Shown here: piece after piece, positions 24,939 to 38,324 of the stretch
How positions within the stretch are numbered: position 1 is the stretch's first letter
How the letters are laid out: every line of letters begins with the position of its first letter
Assembly: GCF_006345805.1 (NCBI RefSeq)
Contig: NW_021835368.1
Coordinates: 1 to 40,654 of the forward strand
Direction: 5' to 3'
DNA from: Octopus sinensis
Taxonomy: Eukaryota
DNA: 40,654 nucleotides
The notes under the pieces: model-generated
Database searches by the model: none
Seen by the model: only the letters and a program-made list of their open reading frames with translations
What the model was told of the DNA's origin: nothing
Program-made: the position numbers and the translations under genes

Positions 24939-24939
24939 A

Positions 24940-25336
24940 AAGGCGACCAGCTGGCAGAAACGTTAGCATGCCGGGCGAAATGCTTAGCAGTATTTCGTCT
25001 GCCGCTACATTCTGAGTTCAAATTCCGCCGAGGTCGACTTTGCCTTTCATCGTTTCGGGGTTGATAAACTAAGTACCAGTTACGCACTGGGGTCGATATA
25101 ATCGACTTAATCCGTTTGTCTGTCCTTGTTTGTCCTCTCTGTGTTTAGCCCCTTGTGGGTAGTAAAGGAATAGGTATTGCGTCTGCCGTTACATTCTGAG
25201 TTCAAATTCCGCCGAGGTCGACTTTGCCTTTCATCTTTTCGGAATCGATAAATTCAGTACCACTGGAACACTGAGATCGATGTAATCGACTACCCTCTTA
25301 CCCCGAAATTGTTGGCCGTATGCCAAAACTTGAAAC

Positions 25337-25337
<1 letters not shown>
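24940..25337 (+). mobile_element. Composite SINE A: young body followed directly by a second, old-type body
   Basis: The young unit ends gtagtaaaggaatag at about 25173. The sequence resumes ggtattgcgtctgccgttacattctgagttc..., ends in the old-type tail ccctcttaccccgaaattgttggccgtatgccaaaacttgaaacc and then (ATT)n. Confidence 0.9.
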
Positions 25338-25393
<56 letters not shown>

Positions 25394-25420
25394 CATTGGT
25401 TTTCTTATTGTTATTATTGT
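25338..25420. repeat. (ATT)n tail
   Basis: Visible directly. Confidence 0.95.
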
Positions 25421-26731
25421 TATTAAAGTTTATCATTCTACATGTATACACAGCTATATATATATATATATATATATGTCCGTGTGTTTCTAAATAAGCA
25501 CAAAACACATAAACAGATTTTACATAAGATGTGGAGCTAAAGGAAAAGTATACCATGTATACATATAAGTGAATTCATGTGTGTATGTGTGTGTGAGGGG
25601 AAATGGTGCGGGTGGTTTGTTTGCATGCATGTCAGTGTGCGTATTAATGCACAAATATATTTGTATATGTGCATAGATGTGTGTGTAGAGAGTGTACAGA
25701 GTGAAGGAGAAATATTTATTGAGAGATTGGAACAAAAAAATTAATAAAAATAGCGAGAAAGTAAGTAGTAAGGAGATATGAAATTTGAAAAAAAGAAAGA
25801 GAGAGAAACAGAGAAAGAGAGGAGAGAGAGAGAGAGCAGAGGAAGCTGCATAGATAGTTTTCTAAACACACAGAGGGAGGCGATGGAGAGTGGGATAGAT
25901 AAAAACCCATTATGTTTCAAACTCCAATGAATATTATTAAAATTACAGCTCAAAAATCAACAGAAACTTATTTAGACCCAACCCTCTTCCATCTCTTCCA
26001 TCAATGTTTACACTAGCAATCGAATGAAATTGAATTTTCTTGAAACATTAGCAATGCTATTCGTTATAGTAACTAGTAAATATATTTATTTCTTCGTCTC
26101 GTTGGCTTGCATTGTATTTATAGATACTCTTCAAAATTTGTAAACAGTAATATTCAAGTATTACACTTGTAACTGTTGTTTAAGCGAAAATGAGCCCTTA
26201 TCCAGAAGACATATAATCTGTGACATTGCGGTCGCCAGAATCTTGCCTGTATGGGTATCCAGCAGTAATGGAGCTATTATGACCTGTCAAGAAAAAATGC
26301 CCCATTATTGTTGTTTGCAATCCAAGAATTAGTTTGCTCTATCTTGTAATTCAGTAAGCTACTTGAATGTACTGGGCTAAACAAAAAATGAAATGTTTAC
26401 CTAAAACTGCAATCTACATGGTTAAAAACATTACAGGACGAGATGTTATGTGGTGTACCCCACCTTACAACATTAGTGTAGAAATATTAATAGAGCAATA
26501 TAATTTTTTTTTTTTTCCTAATCGGAGAACATTTGTTGAATAGCCATTAAATCTATTAACAGCTCAACAAAACTATCATTAAGCTGGGCTACGTTTACAA
26601 GAAAAATATGCCTGGTGATATCAGGAGTAACATTCCGAAAATGCTGCGAATACAAAACGTGGTAGGAAGACAGCCAAAACGTAAAGCAATCTATAATATA
26701 TATATATATATATATATTTCTCTTTCTCTTT

Positions 26732-27148
26732 TCTCTTTTACTTGTTTCAGTCATTTGACTGCGGCCATGCTGGAGCACCGCCTTTTTAGTCGAGCAAATC
26801 GACCCCAGGCCTTATTCTTTTTAAGCCTAGTACTTATCCTATCGGTCTCTTTTGCCGAACCGCTAAGTAACGGGGACGTAAACACGCCAGCATCGGTTGT
26901 CAAGCGATGTTGGGGAGACAAACACGGACACACAAACACACACACACAACACACACACACATATATATACATATATATATATATACGACGGGCTTCTTTC
27001 AGTTTCCGTCTACCAAATCCACTCACAAGGCTTTGGTCGGCCCGAGGCTATAGTAGAAGACACTTACCCAAAGTGCCACGCAGTGGGACTGAACCCGGAA
27101 CTGTGTGGTGGTAAGCAAGCTACTTACCACACAGCCACTCCTGCCCCT
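26732..27148 (-). mobile_element. SINE family B, full length
   Basis: Reverse complement of the 30197-30600 copy along its whole length, with an internal (CA)(TA) tract. It sits inside (TA)n. Confidence 0.93.
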
Positions 27149-27855
<707 letters not shown>

Positions 27856-28219
27856 TTTGCAGCGGTTTCTTTTTAATAATAAAAAAACCAGGTCTGCACT
27901 TATTGGTTTCATGTTGGTTTTTATATTTTTAACTGGTTATTTAAGAATTGATTATGCTTCAAAGACAAACTTTTTCTCTCTTCAAGACTTACATCAATAC
28001 ATACATATATATATACATATGTTCACTCGCATATACAACATTTGTGTGCGTGTCTGTGTGCCTGTGTATTTGCGTGTGTATTCCTGTGTCTGTCTGTACA
28101 CAAACACACAATCACACAAACACGCATACACACACATATATATGTATGGATGTATACATGCGTGTCCAGAGAAGTACATCTTTATAGATACCAAGTATAT
28201 ATAGATACCATATACGTGT

Positions 28220-28895
28220 GCATATATGCAAGTATATACATACATATATGGCTACATACATACATATATGAATACATACATCTATGCATACATACATACA
28301 TATATACATACATATATACATACATGCATACATACATACAGACATACATACATACTCACACATACATACATATATACATGCACACACACATACATCCCTG
28401 CATATATACATGCATACATACATAAATGCATATAGACCAGCATACATACATACATAAATGCATACAAACATGCATACCAGCATACATACATACATTCATG
28501 CATACATACATGCCTGCATACATACATGCATACATACATATATACACACATACATATATACATATATACATATATACATACATAGACACATATATGCATA
28601 CATAGATACATGCACACATACATATATACAAACATACCTACACACATTCATACATACATACATACATACACACATACATACATACCTGCATACATACATA
28701 TGTACATACATGCGTATTATTCATACATACATATGTACATACATACATATATTCATTCAAACGTACATACATAGAAGCATACACACATACATACTCGCAT
28801 ACATACGCACACACATACATGCATGCATACAAATATACAGATATACAAGTATATACACACATATATATCCATATATCTATATATATATATATCAT
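28220..28895. repeat. Long degenerate (CATA)n array
   Basis: Visible directly. Confidence 0.92.
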
Positions 28896-29344
28896 TGAAA
28901 TTGATTAATAACTATTACATCATTTACTTTCTCCCGCTCAAAAGAATTCGAAAAAGATGTCTTTAAAGAAAGACTTTTAATGCGAGGAGCCCATTAAAGT
29001 AGTTTTAATTGCCTCCCATTCGTCTTTGCATAATATCGTCGCTTCTGCTTCTTCTGCAGCGCGGATCCTCATTGGTTTCAGAAATAAAAAAATAATATAT
29101 TTGAAACAAATTTTAGCGTTATTATCAGGCTTCGTTGAAATGTAATTGTCATTGCACGGCTTGTTGTTTGTTCTTGTTTTTCATTCAAATATATTTTAGA
29201 ACATTACTTCGATTTACCCATAAAACACAAGAAAAGTCGTATGTTTAGAAATTCCTAATATATAAACCAAACATATAACACCTTGTCTAGATGGTGCATA
29301 TGTGTTTGTGTGTATGCGTGGGTTTATTGTCAAATGAAAAGAAG

Positions 29345-29490
29345 CTTACTTCAAAATCCCGAAGGCTAGAGTTAGAGCCCCTAACACACATCTTGCTCGA
29401 ATAATCTTCTACAAATAGCTTCAGGTTGACCTAGGACCTTTGGGTGAAATTAGATAGGTGCGAATGTGTGTTGTGTGGAACCTTGTCGGA
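29345..29490 (+). mobile_element. Highly decayed SINE family B-like fragment
   Basis: tcttctacaaatagcttcaggttgacc...tgggtgaaattagatagg...gtggaaccttgtcg weakly parallels tcttctactatagcctcgggccgacc...gagtggatttggtagacgg...gaagcccgtcg. Confidence 0.4.
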
Positions 29491-29669
29491 TGGATTGTAC
29501 TAGCAATATAAGGGTCCAACCTTGTCACACTTTATCTATTGATTCTGCTTTACGATTCTACTAAGGGTGCTCGTATCTCTGAAATCTTCTTCCCACCTCT
29601 CTGAAAATTGCTGGCCTTGTCTCTAAATTAGAATCAATTATATTATAAATGTAACCAATATATACAAAC

Positions 29670-29709
<40 letters not shown>

Positions 29710-30196
29710 CTGTGTATTTTCAGGATCTAGTTTCTCAGACACCCTGCCTTTGATGGCGAAACAAACATATTACCACATTAGTTACATTTTACCCATTGCT
29801 ATTCTTTTTTGCGTAATATTTTGAGCAGAAGTGACACTATTTAACATTTTGTGAAACTCAAATTGTTTAACTATTAACCTAGGTTACACACGTGCAATTT
29901 TGTGATTTTGAAAGCACAGGTGAGAACCTTCCACTTGTGTATTTAGTATGCCGAACTGTAATTAGAGTTACGTTCCTTCAGCCATATTGCAGAATAAGGA
30001 ATCTTGGTTTTCTGTGGCGAAGATGCAACAAACACGAAGTATTCTCACATACCAACGAACTAAATTCTCGCTAGTGGCACGAATTAATGGATATAGAAGC
30101 CAATCGCTGATGTGAGAGACTTTATTCATATATCCTTTTATAAAACCCTATGTAATTATATGTTTTCTCCCTCTCTTTTTATCTATCCAGATACAT

Positions 30197-30600
30197 AGGC
30201 GCAGGAGTGGCTGTGTGGTAAGTAGCTTGCTAACCAACCACATGGTTCCGGGTTCAGTCCCACTGCGTGGCATCTTGGGCAAGTGTCTTCTGCTATAGCC
30301 CCGGGCCGACCAATGCCTTGTGAGTAGATTTGGTAGACGGAAACTGAAAGAAGCCCATCGTATATATGTACATATATATATATGTGTGTGTGTTGTGTGT
30401 TTGTGTGTCCCCCTAGCACTGCTTGACAATCGATGCTGGTGTGTTTACGTCCCCGTCACTTAGCGGTTCGGCAAAAAGAGACCGATAGAATAAATACTGG
30501 GCTTACAAAGAATAAGTCCCGGGGTCGATTTGCTCGACTAAAGGCGGTGATCCAGCATGGCCGCAGTCAAATGACTGAAACAAGTAAAAAAAGAGTAAAG
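30197..30600 (+). mobile_element. SINE family B, full length
   Basis: It has an aggcgcaggagtggctgtgtggtaag head, a B-box-like ggttcagtccc, a CORE-like tcttgggcaagtgtcttc, an internal (TA)(TG) tract and the 3' end ccgcagtcaaatgactgaaacaagtaaa. Confidence 0.93.
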
Positions 30601-31944
30601 AGATATAAATCTTCTCAGATTTTATGAGTATCTGGCTTTTATTACGATTTCGTGACGCCCTCTCTCAATTGCTCTTTCTTCGCTGTTATGTTTTTCAACA
30701 AACACTTCTCTAATCAAGCAGATCTATTATAACTGAATGCCGTTCGTTCTGTGACTATACCCTCTTAATTTTTGAAACAGTATAAACAGAACCAAGTAAT
30801 GCAATATGTTAGTTCTTTTTTAATACACTTAAATCTGAGTTAAGAAGTCTTGGTAGCTATTTCTCGGAAGGAGGTCTAGGAGTCATGTAGAAGCCATTTC
30901 TGCGACTCGTCAAGATTGACTCTTTACTACCAGGTGGATGGTGTAGAGATATTGTAGTATATGTTTCACTCTTAATCCAAGGGAAGTGGGTAATTCTATC
31001 AGTTTTATTGGCCCAATAAGACTGGTTATATCAATACGTTTGACTTTTCAGTCTGAACAAATTTGCGAGTGAAAGAGAATAGCAGAGAGTGTGCGCCGTG
31101 AAGAGAAGGCTTTCTGAGAGATTGAAACACCTGGGATGGCGACAAAGGTAGAAACCGGTATGTCTCGAGTTTCCTGATGAAATTTTATCCCAGATGAGCA
31201 CCGACTGAGAAAACTTATGACAGGAATCATCCTAACCGTGACAATCCCATCTGTTTTGTTTTTTTTAATGCGAAGGGACTCAGAACCTGACTTTATAACT
31301 CATCCATTTTTCACAAGATTCGAGCCTCCATCGTTGGTTTGTATCTCTGCCAGAAGTTCCTTAGTGGAGATGGTTTCTATTTGCAGTATTGACAGAAAAA
31401 GAAAAGAACAGTGTGTTTGTGCGTCAATCGCAAGAGCCACATACACATTCTGATTTTCCTGCACAGCGAAAGCATAGAAGAAATGTATATACGCTGTTAT
31501 ATAGTTCTTTATCACAGTTAATAACAGTTTAATATTCAAATCTATTTTAGTACTTCTGATACATGCATTGTTGCGCATAAAATATTTATTTCAATATTTA
31601 TTATGAAGTATTAATTCGCCATAACTATTTTGAAATATTAAAATCCATATATCAAAACAAATTATAGATTAACTTCGGTTCCACATGGGTGTGGGTGTAT
31701 TGTTGTTTAATACATAAAAGTCAATTTTTTCCACTTTATTCATGAGTAATAAATAAGACTCTTTTGGATGAGGCATGTGCGCTATACAATGGTATCATTC
31801 AGTGAGTGAAAGCAACTGGGAAGTAGTGGCAATTATTCCTATTCTAAAGACATTACGAAACAAGGAGACAAGGTTTTAAAGATAATCGAAAATTTATACC
31901 CAGTATCAGCGCGCCCGTGGTATATGTGTGTTTGCGAAAGGCGT

Positions 31945-32181
31945 GTGTATGTTTCTATGTGTATATATGTATGCATGTATGTTGAATGTATATATGTATG
32001 TATGCATGTATGTATGCATATATATTTGTATGGATGCGTATATGTATGTATGTACGTATGTATGTATGTTTGTATGCTTAGATGTATGTAAGCATGCATG
32101 CATGTATGAGTGTATGTATGTATGTATGTATGTATATGTGCATGTATGCATATATGTATGTGTATATGTATGTAATTACGC

Positions 32182-32217
<36 letters not shown>

Positions 32218-32535
32218 GTATGCATGTATGTATATATGCATGTATGTATGTATATATATGCATGTATGTATGTATGTGTGTATGTATGTATGTATGTATG
32301 TATGTATGTATGTATGTATGTATGTATGCATGCATGTATGTATGTATGTATGTATGCATGTATGTATGTATATGTATGCATGTATGTATGTATGCATGTA
32401 TGTATGCATGTATGTTTGCATGCATGTATGTATGTGCGTATACTTGTATGTATGTATGTATGTTTGCATGTATGTATGTATGTATGCATGTATGTATATA
32501 TACGTATGTACGTACGTATGTGTGTGTGTGTTTGT
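31945..32535. repeat. Long degenerate (TATG)n array
   Basis: Visible directly. It is the complement of the (CATA)n array at 28.2-28.9 kb. Confidence 0.92.
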
Positions 32536-32739
32536 GTATAGTAGTGTTCTGTGCGTATGGCAATGCCCGAGATGCAATTTGCTGCTTTGTTATCATCATT
32601 TCATACGCTCTGTAGAAAAGGCATAAGATGCATTACCTCATATTCCTAATTAACTATGAGTCTTCATGTCTAATTAAGTAATAATTACCATTATTAATGT
32701 TGCTATTTTGATGTTGCTATTTCTGTTTTGTTTCTTCCA

Positions 32740-33010
32740 CATCCATCCCCACCCCCTTACCTTCCTACCAACACCACGCCATCACTATCAATGACATCCA
32801 ACCCATTTTCTCTCTAAGTCAGCATCATCATCATCAACATACCCATCATCCCTGTTGTTTCTTATCACCAAAGCCCTCCAGCATCATCGCCATCCACCAA
32901 TACCAACGCCAACACCAACACCAACGCCACTACCAGCTCCATACACATTACCATCATCATCATCACCATCGTAATTGTTGTTATCGTTGTTGTTCTTGTA
33001 CTTCTTCTCC
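32740..33010. repeat. Low-complexity (CAC/CAT/CAA) then (TTG) trinucleotide region
   Basis: Visible directly. Confidence 0.7.
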
Positions 33011-33439
33011 TCTCATTATTTATTGAAAAGCCTATTGTCAACTTATTATTTAAAAAAAAAAAAACGCAACAAATATTTAATAACTTTTTCAGTTAATTAA
33101 TGTTGAGTGTTTCATAGCGAAGCTATAATTATTCCTATACCAGCATTTATCTGAAGAGATTAATCTTAAAATTTAAGTGAAAATTGAAGTTGATAGCGTT
33201 TCTGGTGTTTCCCAACCAAAATATGCAATTACCGAGGAAATTTTGAAAATTTGCCGATTTTCCTTTCCAAATTAAATAGATACTTTCTAAACTATGTATG
33301 CATACTCGTATGTATACACACACAGACACTCACACAAACACGCACACCCACGGATGCACGGACACACGCATATGTATATATATATATGTATATTTAGCGA
33401 GCATGTCAGCATTTATATATGCATTCTAAACACGCACAC

Positions 33440-33448
33440 TTATACATG

Positions 33449-33502
<54 letters not shown>

Positions 33503-33845
33503 TATATTATTATATATATATATAAAGAGAGAGAGAGAGAGAGATGTGCATGGTTCTATGTTTGTGTGAAAGTGTGTATATGTGTATATATGCGTGTGTG
33601 GGTATATGTATGCTTGGTTACATACATGTATATATGTAGGTGTGTACATATTTATGTGTATACTTTCACATCCACATATGTATAATATACATGTATTATA
33701 AATATATATATACATATATAAACATATCAATATATGTGAAATATATCTATGCGCATATATATCTTATATAAGCACATATGTATATATATATTATATATAT
33801 ATATATATATATAATATACATATATATATATATACATATATATGA

Positions 33846-33876
<31 letters not shown>

Positions 33877-33960
33877 TACACACATATATATGTATACACA
33901 TATGTACACACACACACACACACAGACACACACACACACACACACACACACCACACACAC
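33440..33960. repeat. Compound (TA)/(GA)/(CA) microsatellite block
   Basis: Visible directly. Confidence 0.85.
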
Positions 33961-34220
33961 AGGGGCGTATTTGTGTTTCTATTGGATCTTCATCCAAGTC
34001 CATGAAATATAAAACTTAATTTTCGTTTTTCCCTGTGTTTTGCCTTCAGTTACTGCAAATGAAAACTGAAAAGTAATTAAAATTTTAAACAAATGTGAAA
34101 ACGCATACACTGTTCATAGCATGGTAGCTAAGCGGTAAATTGTTGAATTATAGATATCGGAGTCTGAATTGGTTTACCATATGTGTGAGCTCAAAAGTAA
34201 TGGGAATACGTTCCATTTAT

Positions 34221-34614
34221 TTACTCTTTTATTTGTTTCAGTCATTTGATTGCGGCCATGCTGGAGCACCGCCTTTAGTCGAGCAAATCGACCCCGGGAC
34301 ATATTCTTTGTAAGCCCAAGTACTTATTCTATCGGTCTCTTTTGCCGAACCGCTAAGTGACGGGGACGTAAACACACAGCATCGGTTGTCAAGCAATGCT
34401 AGGGGACAAACACAGACACACAAACATACATATATATATATACATATATACGACGGGCTTCTTTCAGTTTCCGTCTACCAAATCCACTCACAAGGCATTG
34501 GTCGGCCCGAGGCTATAGCAGAAGACACTTGCCCAAGATACCATGCAGTGGGACTGAACCCAGAACCATGTGGTTGGTAGGCAAGCTACTTACCACACAG
34601 CCACTCCTGCGCCT
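34221..34614 (-). mobile_element. SINE family B, full length
   Basis: Collinear with 26732-27148. There is a possible short target-site duplication, atttatttact / atttattact. Confidence 0.93.
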
Positions 34615-35389
34615 ATTTATTACTAAACTACAAATATAGTCAGAAAATTCTTGTATTTTTGCCATTTTCTCATATGTATATACATAGGAATTAGTCATAA
34701 GGATTCTGAAGCATATAGGCACAGCAACATGTGGAATGCCATAAACGGCTTGGTGCGATAACATAGGATTCAATAACGAAGGTATCAAGTGTCCTTAAGA
34801 TACTGTTGACGTGTCAGCGGGAAATCCAGTTTGGGATTGCTATTTACATATTGGATTCGTTATATTCGATGTATGAAATCCCACCTGTCTGAAGATGGGG
34901 GATTCTATGTTATATTATACGTTATGATGTAATCGAAGAACACCTCATAAAACAGCTGCTGCAAACTTTAAATGCTATTTGTATTCCAGTTATTACTGAC
35001 GAAGTGTTATTCTATGCAGGAGGTAGATCAATTTCCTATTCGCTGAACACTAAGGAGACCTGCAAAAGTCTTCGACGCAGAGAAAGTTACTAGTTTCCGA
35101 AAGTTACTAGTTTCCAAATTATGACTTTATCCGCAACTACAATAACCACGGTTTCATTTCTTTCTTAAGACGTCAGATTGTAATTTGATGAAGATGTAGC
35201 TGCTATTTCCAGCATTATTATCAGAAAAAAGTTTAGCATTTATTTTTGTTTTCCTTCACCTCTTTGATTCTTAAAGTTAGTCACTTCGGTTTCCATGGTG
35301 TATAACTGACCGAGATAATAGTATTCCTACTGAACGAGACACATGTCCATTGCAGTGATTAAAGCCAGCTATTTTAAGGGAAGAGTGCA

Positions 35390-35545
35390 ATTCTATTTCA
35401 TCCGCTCCCTGTACTTGCCTGATACTATATTTCATCGACGCTGAGGGGATAGAAGGCAAAGTTTACCTCGGCAGGATTTCAACTAAGATCGCAAAGAACG
35501 TTGCTAAACATTTGGTCCGATATGCTAGCCATTCTGCCATCTCGA
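35390..35545 (-). mobile_element. SINE family A, old form, very decayed
   Basis: tatatttcatcgacgctgaggggatagaaggcaaagtttacctcggcaggatttcaact...gctagccattctgccatctc. Confidence 0.65.
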
Positions 35546-36074
35546 AACACGGAAATTAGTCAATATTAACTGAAATACAGAAGAAATCAAAGCTATTGGT
35601 AAATTTCAAATTAAGAACTTATTCAAAATTTCAAAAGATTCAAATATCTAAACTATGCGACATAATGGGAAAAATAACTTATTGTTCGATGGGTTAACGC
35701 TGATCTTTAAACCAATATCAGTTTTTATAGCGACCTGTCACAACTTGCTGTTTCTCAAAAGAATACGAAAAGTTATCATTGAGTGATAACAAGAAGTCAA
35801 TACAGTCTATACAAAACTGTTGTTATAGGATTTGAAATAAAATTAAGCTAACAAGATGGAGAATGTTTCTGCACCGTTGCTCAGATCAATGGAAGTAGTT
35901 ACTCAATATCAGTCATATCACATATCACTAGAAATAACAGCGTCATTCTCCCTTAAAATTGCTTTTTAATGTTTAAAGAAAAGGAGTGGCACATGGATTA
36001 ATATTATCCTAAAAAGAACACGATGACATGTGCCTACATATACTAAACTTGTTGAACGGAGTAAATCTTTTCTC

Positions 36075-36580
36075 GATTGCTTAAACTAAGTCTTTTTCTG
36101 GAAACTGAGTCTTTCTAATTTACGTTTCTTGAACTAAGTCAATTAAAGGCTGTTTGAACTGAGTCTCTCTATATAATGAGCAGAGTCTCTCTAAACTAGG
36201 CTGTAAGATCGATAAACCGAGTGTCTGCATTCTCAGCTGATTTAAATAAAACTAGTGTTCAGGTGGTTGAATTGAATCGATCTATTCTCGACTGTTTGAA
36301 CTGAGTCTGTCGGCTTTAGACTGGCTGGACCGAGTTTATTTTATTTTTGGCTGTTTGAACTGAGTCCATCTCTTCTTCGTTGGTTGAACTGAGTAAATGT
36401 ATTCAAGCTTGACAGATTTGAGCGTATCTAATTTAAGCTGGTTGGACAGACTCTTGTTGACCTGCATAAGCCTATTCTAAAATGCTTGATCTAATTAAAT
36501 GTTTTCTATTGTAGTTAAGTCTATATATTTCGAGCCAACTGAACTGAGTTAATAAATTCTAGGCTGGTTGAACTGACTCT
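36075..36580. repeat. Degenerate 29-30-bp minisatellite: 18-nt core ggctg(t/g)ttgaactgagtc plus variable linker of about 11 nt
   Basis: Cores start at 36148, 36261, 36290, 36319, 36349, 36378, 36406, 36436, 36533 and 36562, with partial cores at 36081-36140. Confidence 0.85.
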
Positions 36581-37924
36581 GTCTATCTTTTCAAGCATCC
36601 ACAATGTTCACTTCTGTATATTTACAGAATGATACGCATTTATCCTGACTTTCAAACGAAGGAATCCCTATGTATCTGGTTACACAAATTGCTAGAGAAA
36701 ACACGAAAAAATCTTTAGTTCATGTCATAAAAATGAGAACGGGTACGTTAGGTAACTTTATTCTAAATATCACATACATTGGGGTGATAGGCATGACTGG
36801 AATGTCCTTGGCGATATATTTACTTCTCCAGGGCTGGCAATAGCAACTTCATAAAACAGGTTGCACTTTGTAAGTATTTTATATTGTAAGGAGTGTGTAG
36901 TTATGATGAATCTGTGTGTGTTGTGCGTGTGGGTGGATTAATATCTCTGGTAAGCGTGTGTGTGTGTGGTATTTATTTGTATGTAGGCGTCCAAGAAAAT
37001 AAATCCATAAAAGAAAGAAGCTAAGCAGCTCAAAATCGAAATAATGACTGCTATGGATCTATCGTACGCCTACACGACAGAATCTGGTGGGAAAGCGGGT
37101 GGAATGCAATGGTTTTCTTACCAAGCGTTAACGATTTTTACTTATTTATTTTTAAAGAGTTAGAGCACTGACTTAATCTTTGTTGTTTAATCTGTCGTAA
37201 TCGCAGAGAATTAAAAAAAAAAACTAAAGCCGATTTCTACAAGATTTTAACTAATAACGGCAATTTCAAAGGAAATAATATATATGTTGTCTATCTAACA
37301 TCTGAATGAATTCAATGATTTATGTCCGGCCAAATAAATATAAGATGAAGGAGTTCAATTTGATAGGGTGTTATACTATAACGAGTACCAGACAGCAGAA
37401 GCGGGTTTCTAGTATTAGCAATTCCTGTTAACAGGGGTAGATACAGGAGTGTTATGGCTGAGAGTTTTACTTTAGTAATAACGGTCAGGTTTGAAGGCAG
37501 GCGGGTAGGATGTGTATTATCCGAGAAAACGATTCAGATGATGATAGGATATTAAATCGAAATAAACGTGATGTAAAATATTTTATGAATTACGAAATAA
37601 AATTTTAAGATTTTTTAAAAATCAATAAAATGCAAATGTGGCATAAAAGTGTGAAAACACATGTAAGGATGAGAAATCGATAGTCTTATACTTATATTTA
37701 AATGAGCAAAAGATATCATCTTGATAACACATTCTACCTTTTTTTTTCTTGACAAAGGCGTTTTATTACGAAATATTAAGAGATTAAGGTAAGGTAAAAT
37801 ATAAACTATAGTTCTCTACTTCTTCTTTTTCACCGTTTATTTCAAATCTTGTTTTGTGTTTTATACGATTTTCACCTAAGATGAAGCTGATAGTCTAGAA
37901 ATTAATAATATTATTAAAGGTCTT

Positions 37925-38314
37925 AAATATTTTAGCATAGGGTCAACAGTTTTTGAGGAGAGGGGGAAGACGCTTACATTGACCATGGAACTTGACCGGT
38001 ACTTATTTTATCGAACCAGAAAGGAAGACATGGAAAGTCGACCGTGGGGTACTTTCAGCTCAGAATGTTAAGACGGGTGAAATACCTATTTCTTTACTAC
38101 CCACAATGAGCTAAACACAGAGAGGACAAACAAAGACAGACAAACGGATTAAGTCGATTATATCGACCCCAGGGCGTAACTGGTTCTTATTTTATCGACC
38201 CCGAAAGGATGAAAGGCAAAGTCGACCTCGGCGAAATTTGAACTCAGAACGTAGCGGCAGACGAAATGCAGTTAAGTATTTCGTCCGTCGTGTAAACGAT
38301 TCTGCCAGCTCGCT
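37925..38314 (-). mobile_element. Composite SINE A: old head, young body, then resumed old body
   Basis: Minus strand: old-type head gacggacgaaatacttaactgcatttcgtc, then young body to gtagtaaagaaatag, then gtatttcacccgtcttaacattctgagc and the old tail. Confidence 0.88.
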
Positions 38315-38324
38315 ACATTAATGT

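Noticed and set aside
26611-26690. Second hammerhead-like string ctggtga...gga-tcc-gaaa
   Set aside because: The core is mutated, five extra nucleotides precede stem II, and there is no stem III or cleavage triplet.
32740-33010. Possible His/Pro/Thr-rich coding exon
   Set aside because: Low-complexity trinucleotide drift with no long open frame or splice context.
36075-36580. CRISPR-like repeat-spacer appearance
   Set aside because: The context is eukaryotic, linkers are only about 11 nt, cores are degenerate, and there is no leader or cas gene. Kept as a minisatellite.
36832-36869. Plus-strand 38-nt segment between tttacttctccag and gtaagt
   Set aside because: It is not frame-preserving, has no partner exons and no recognisable peptide. 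Such pairs arise by chance in 40 kb.
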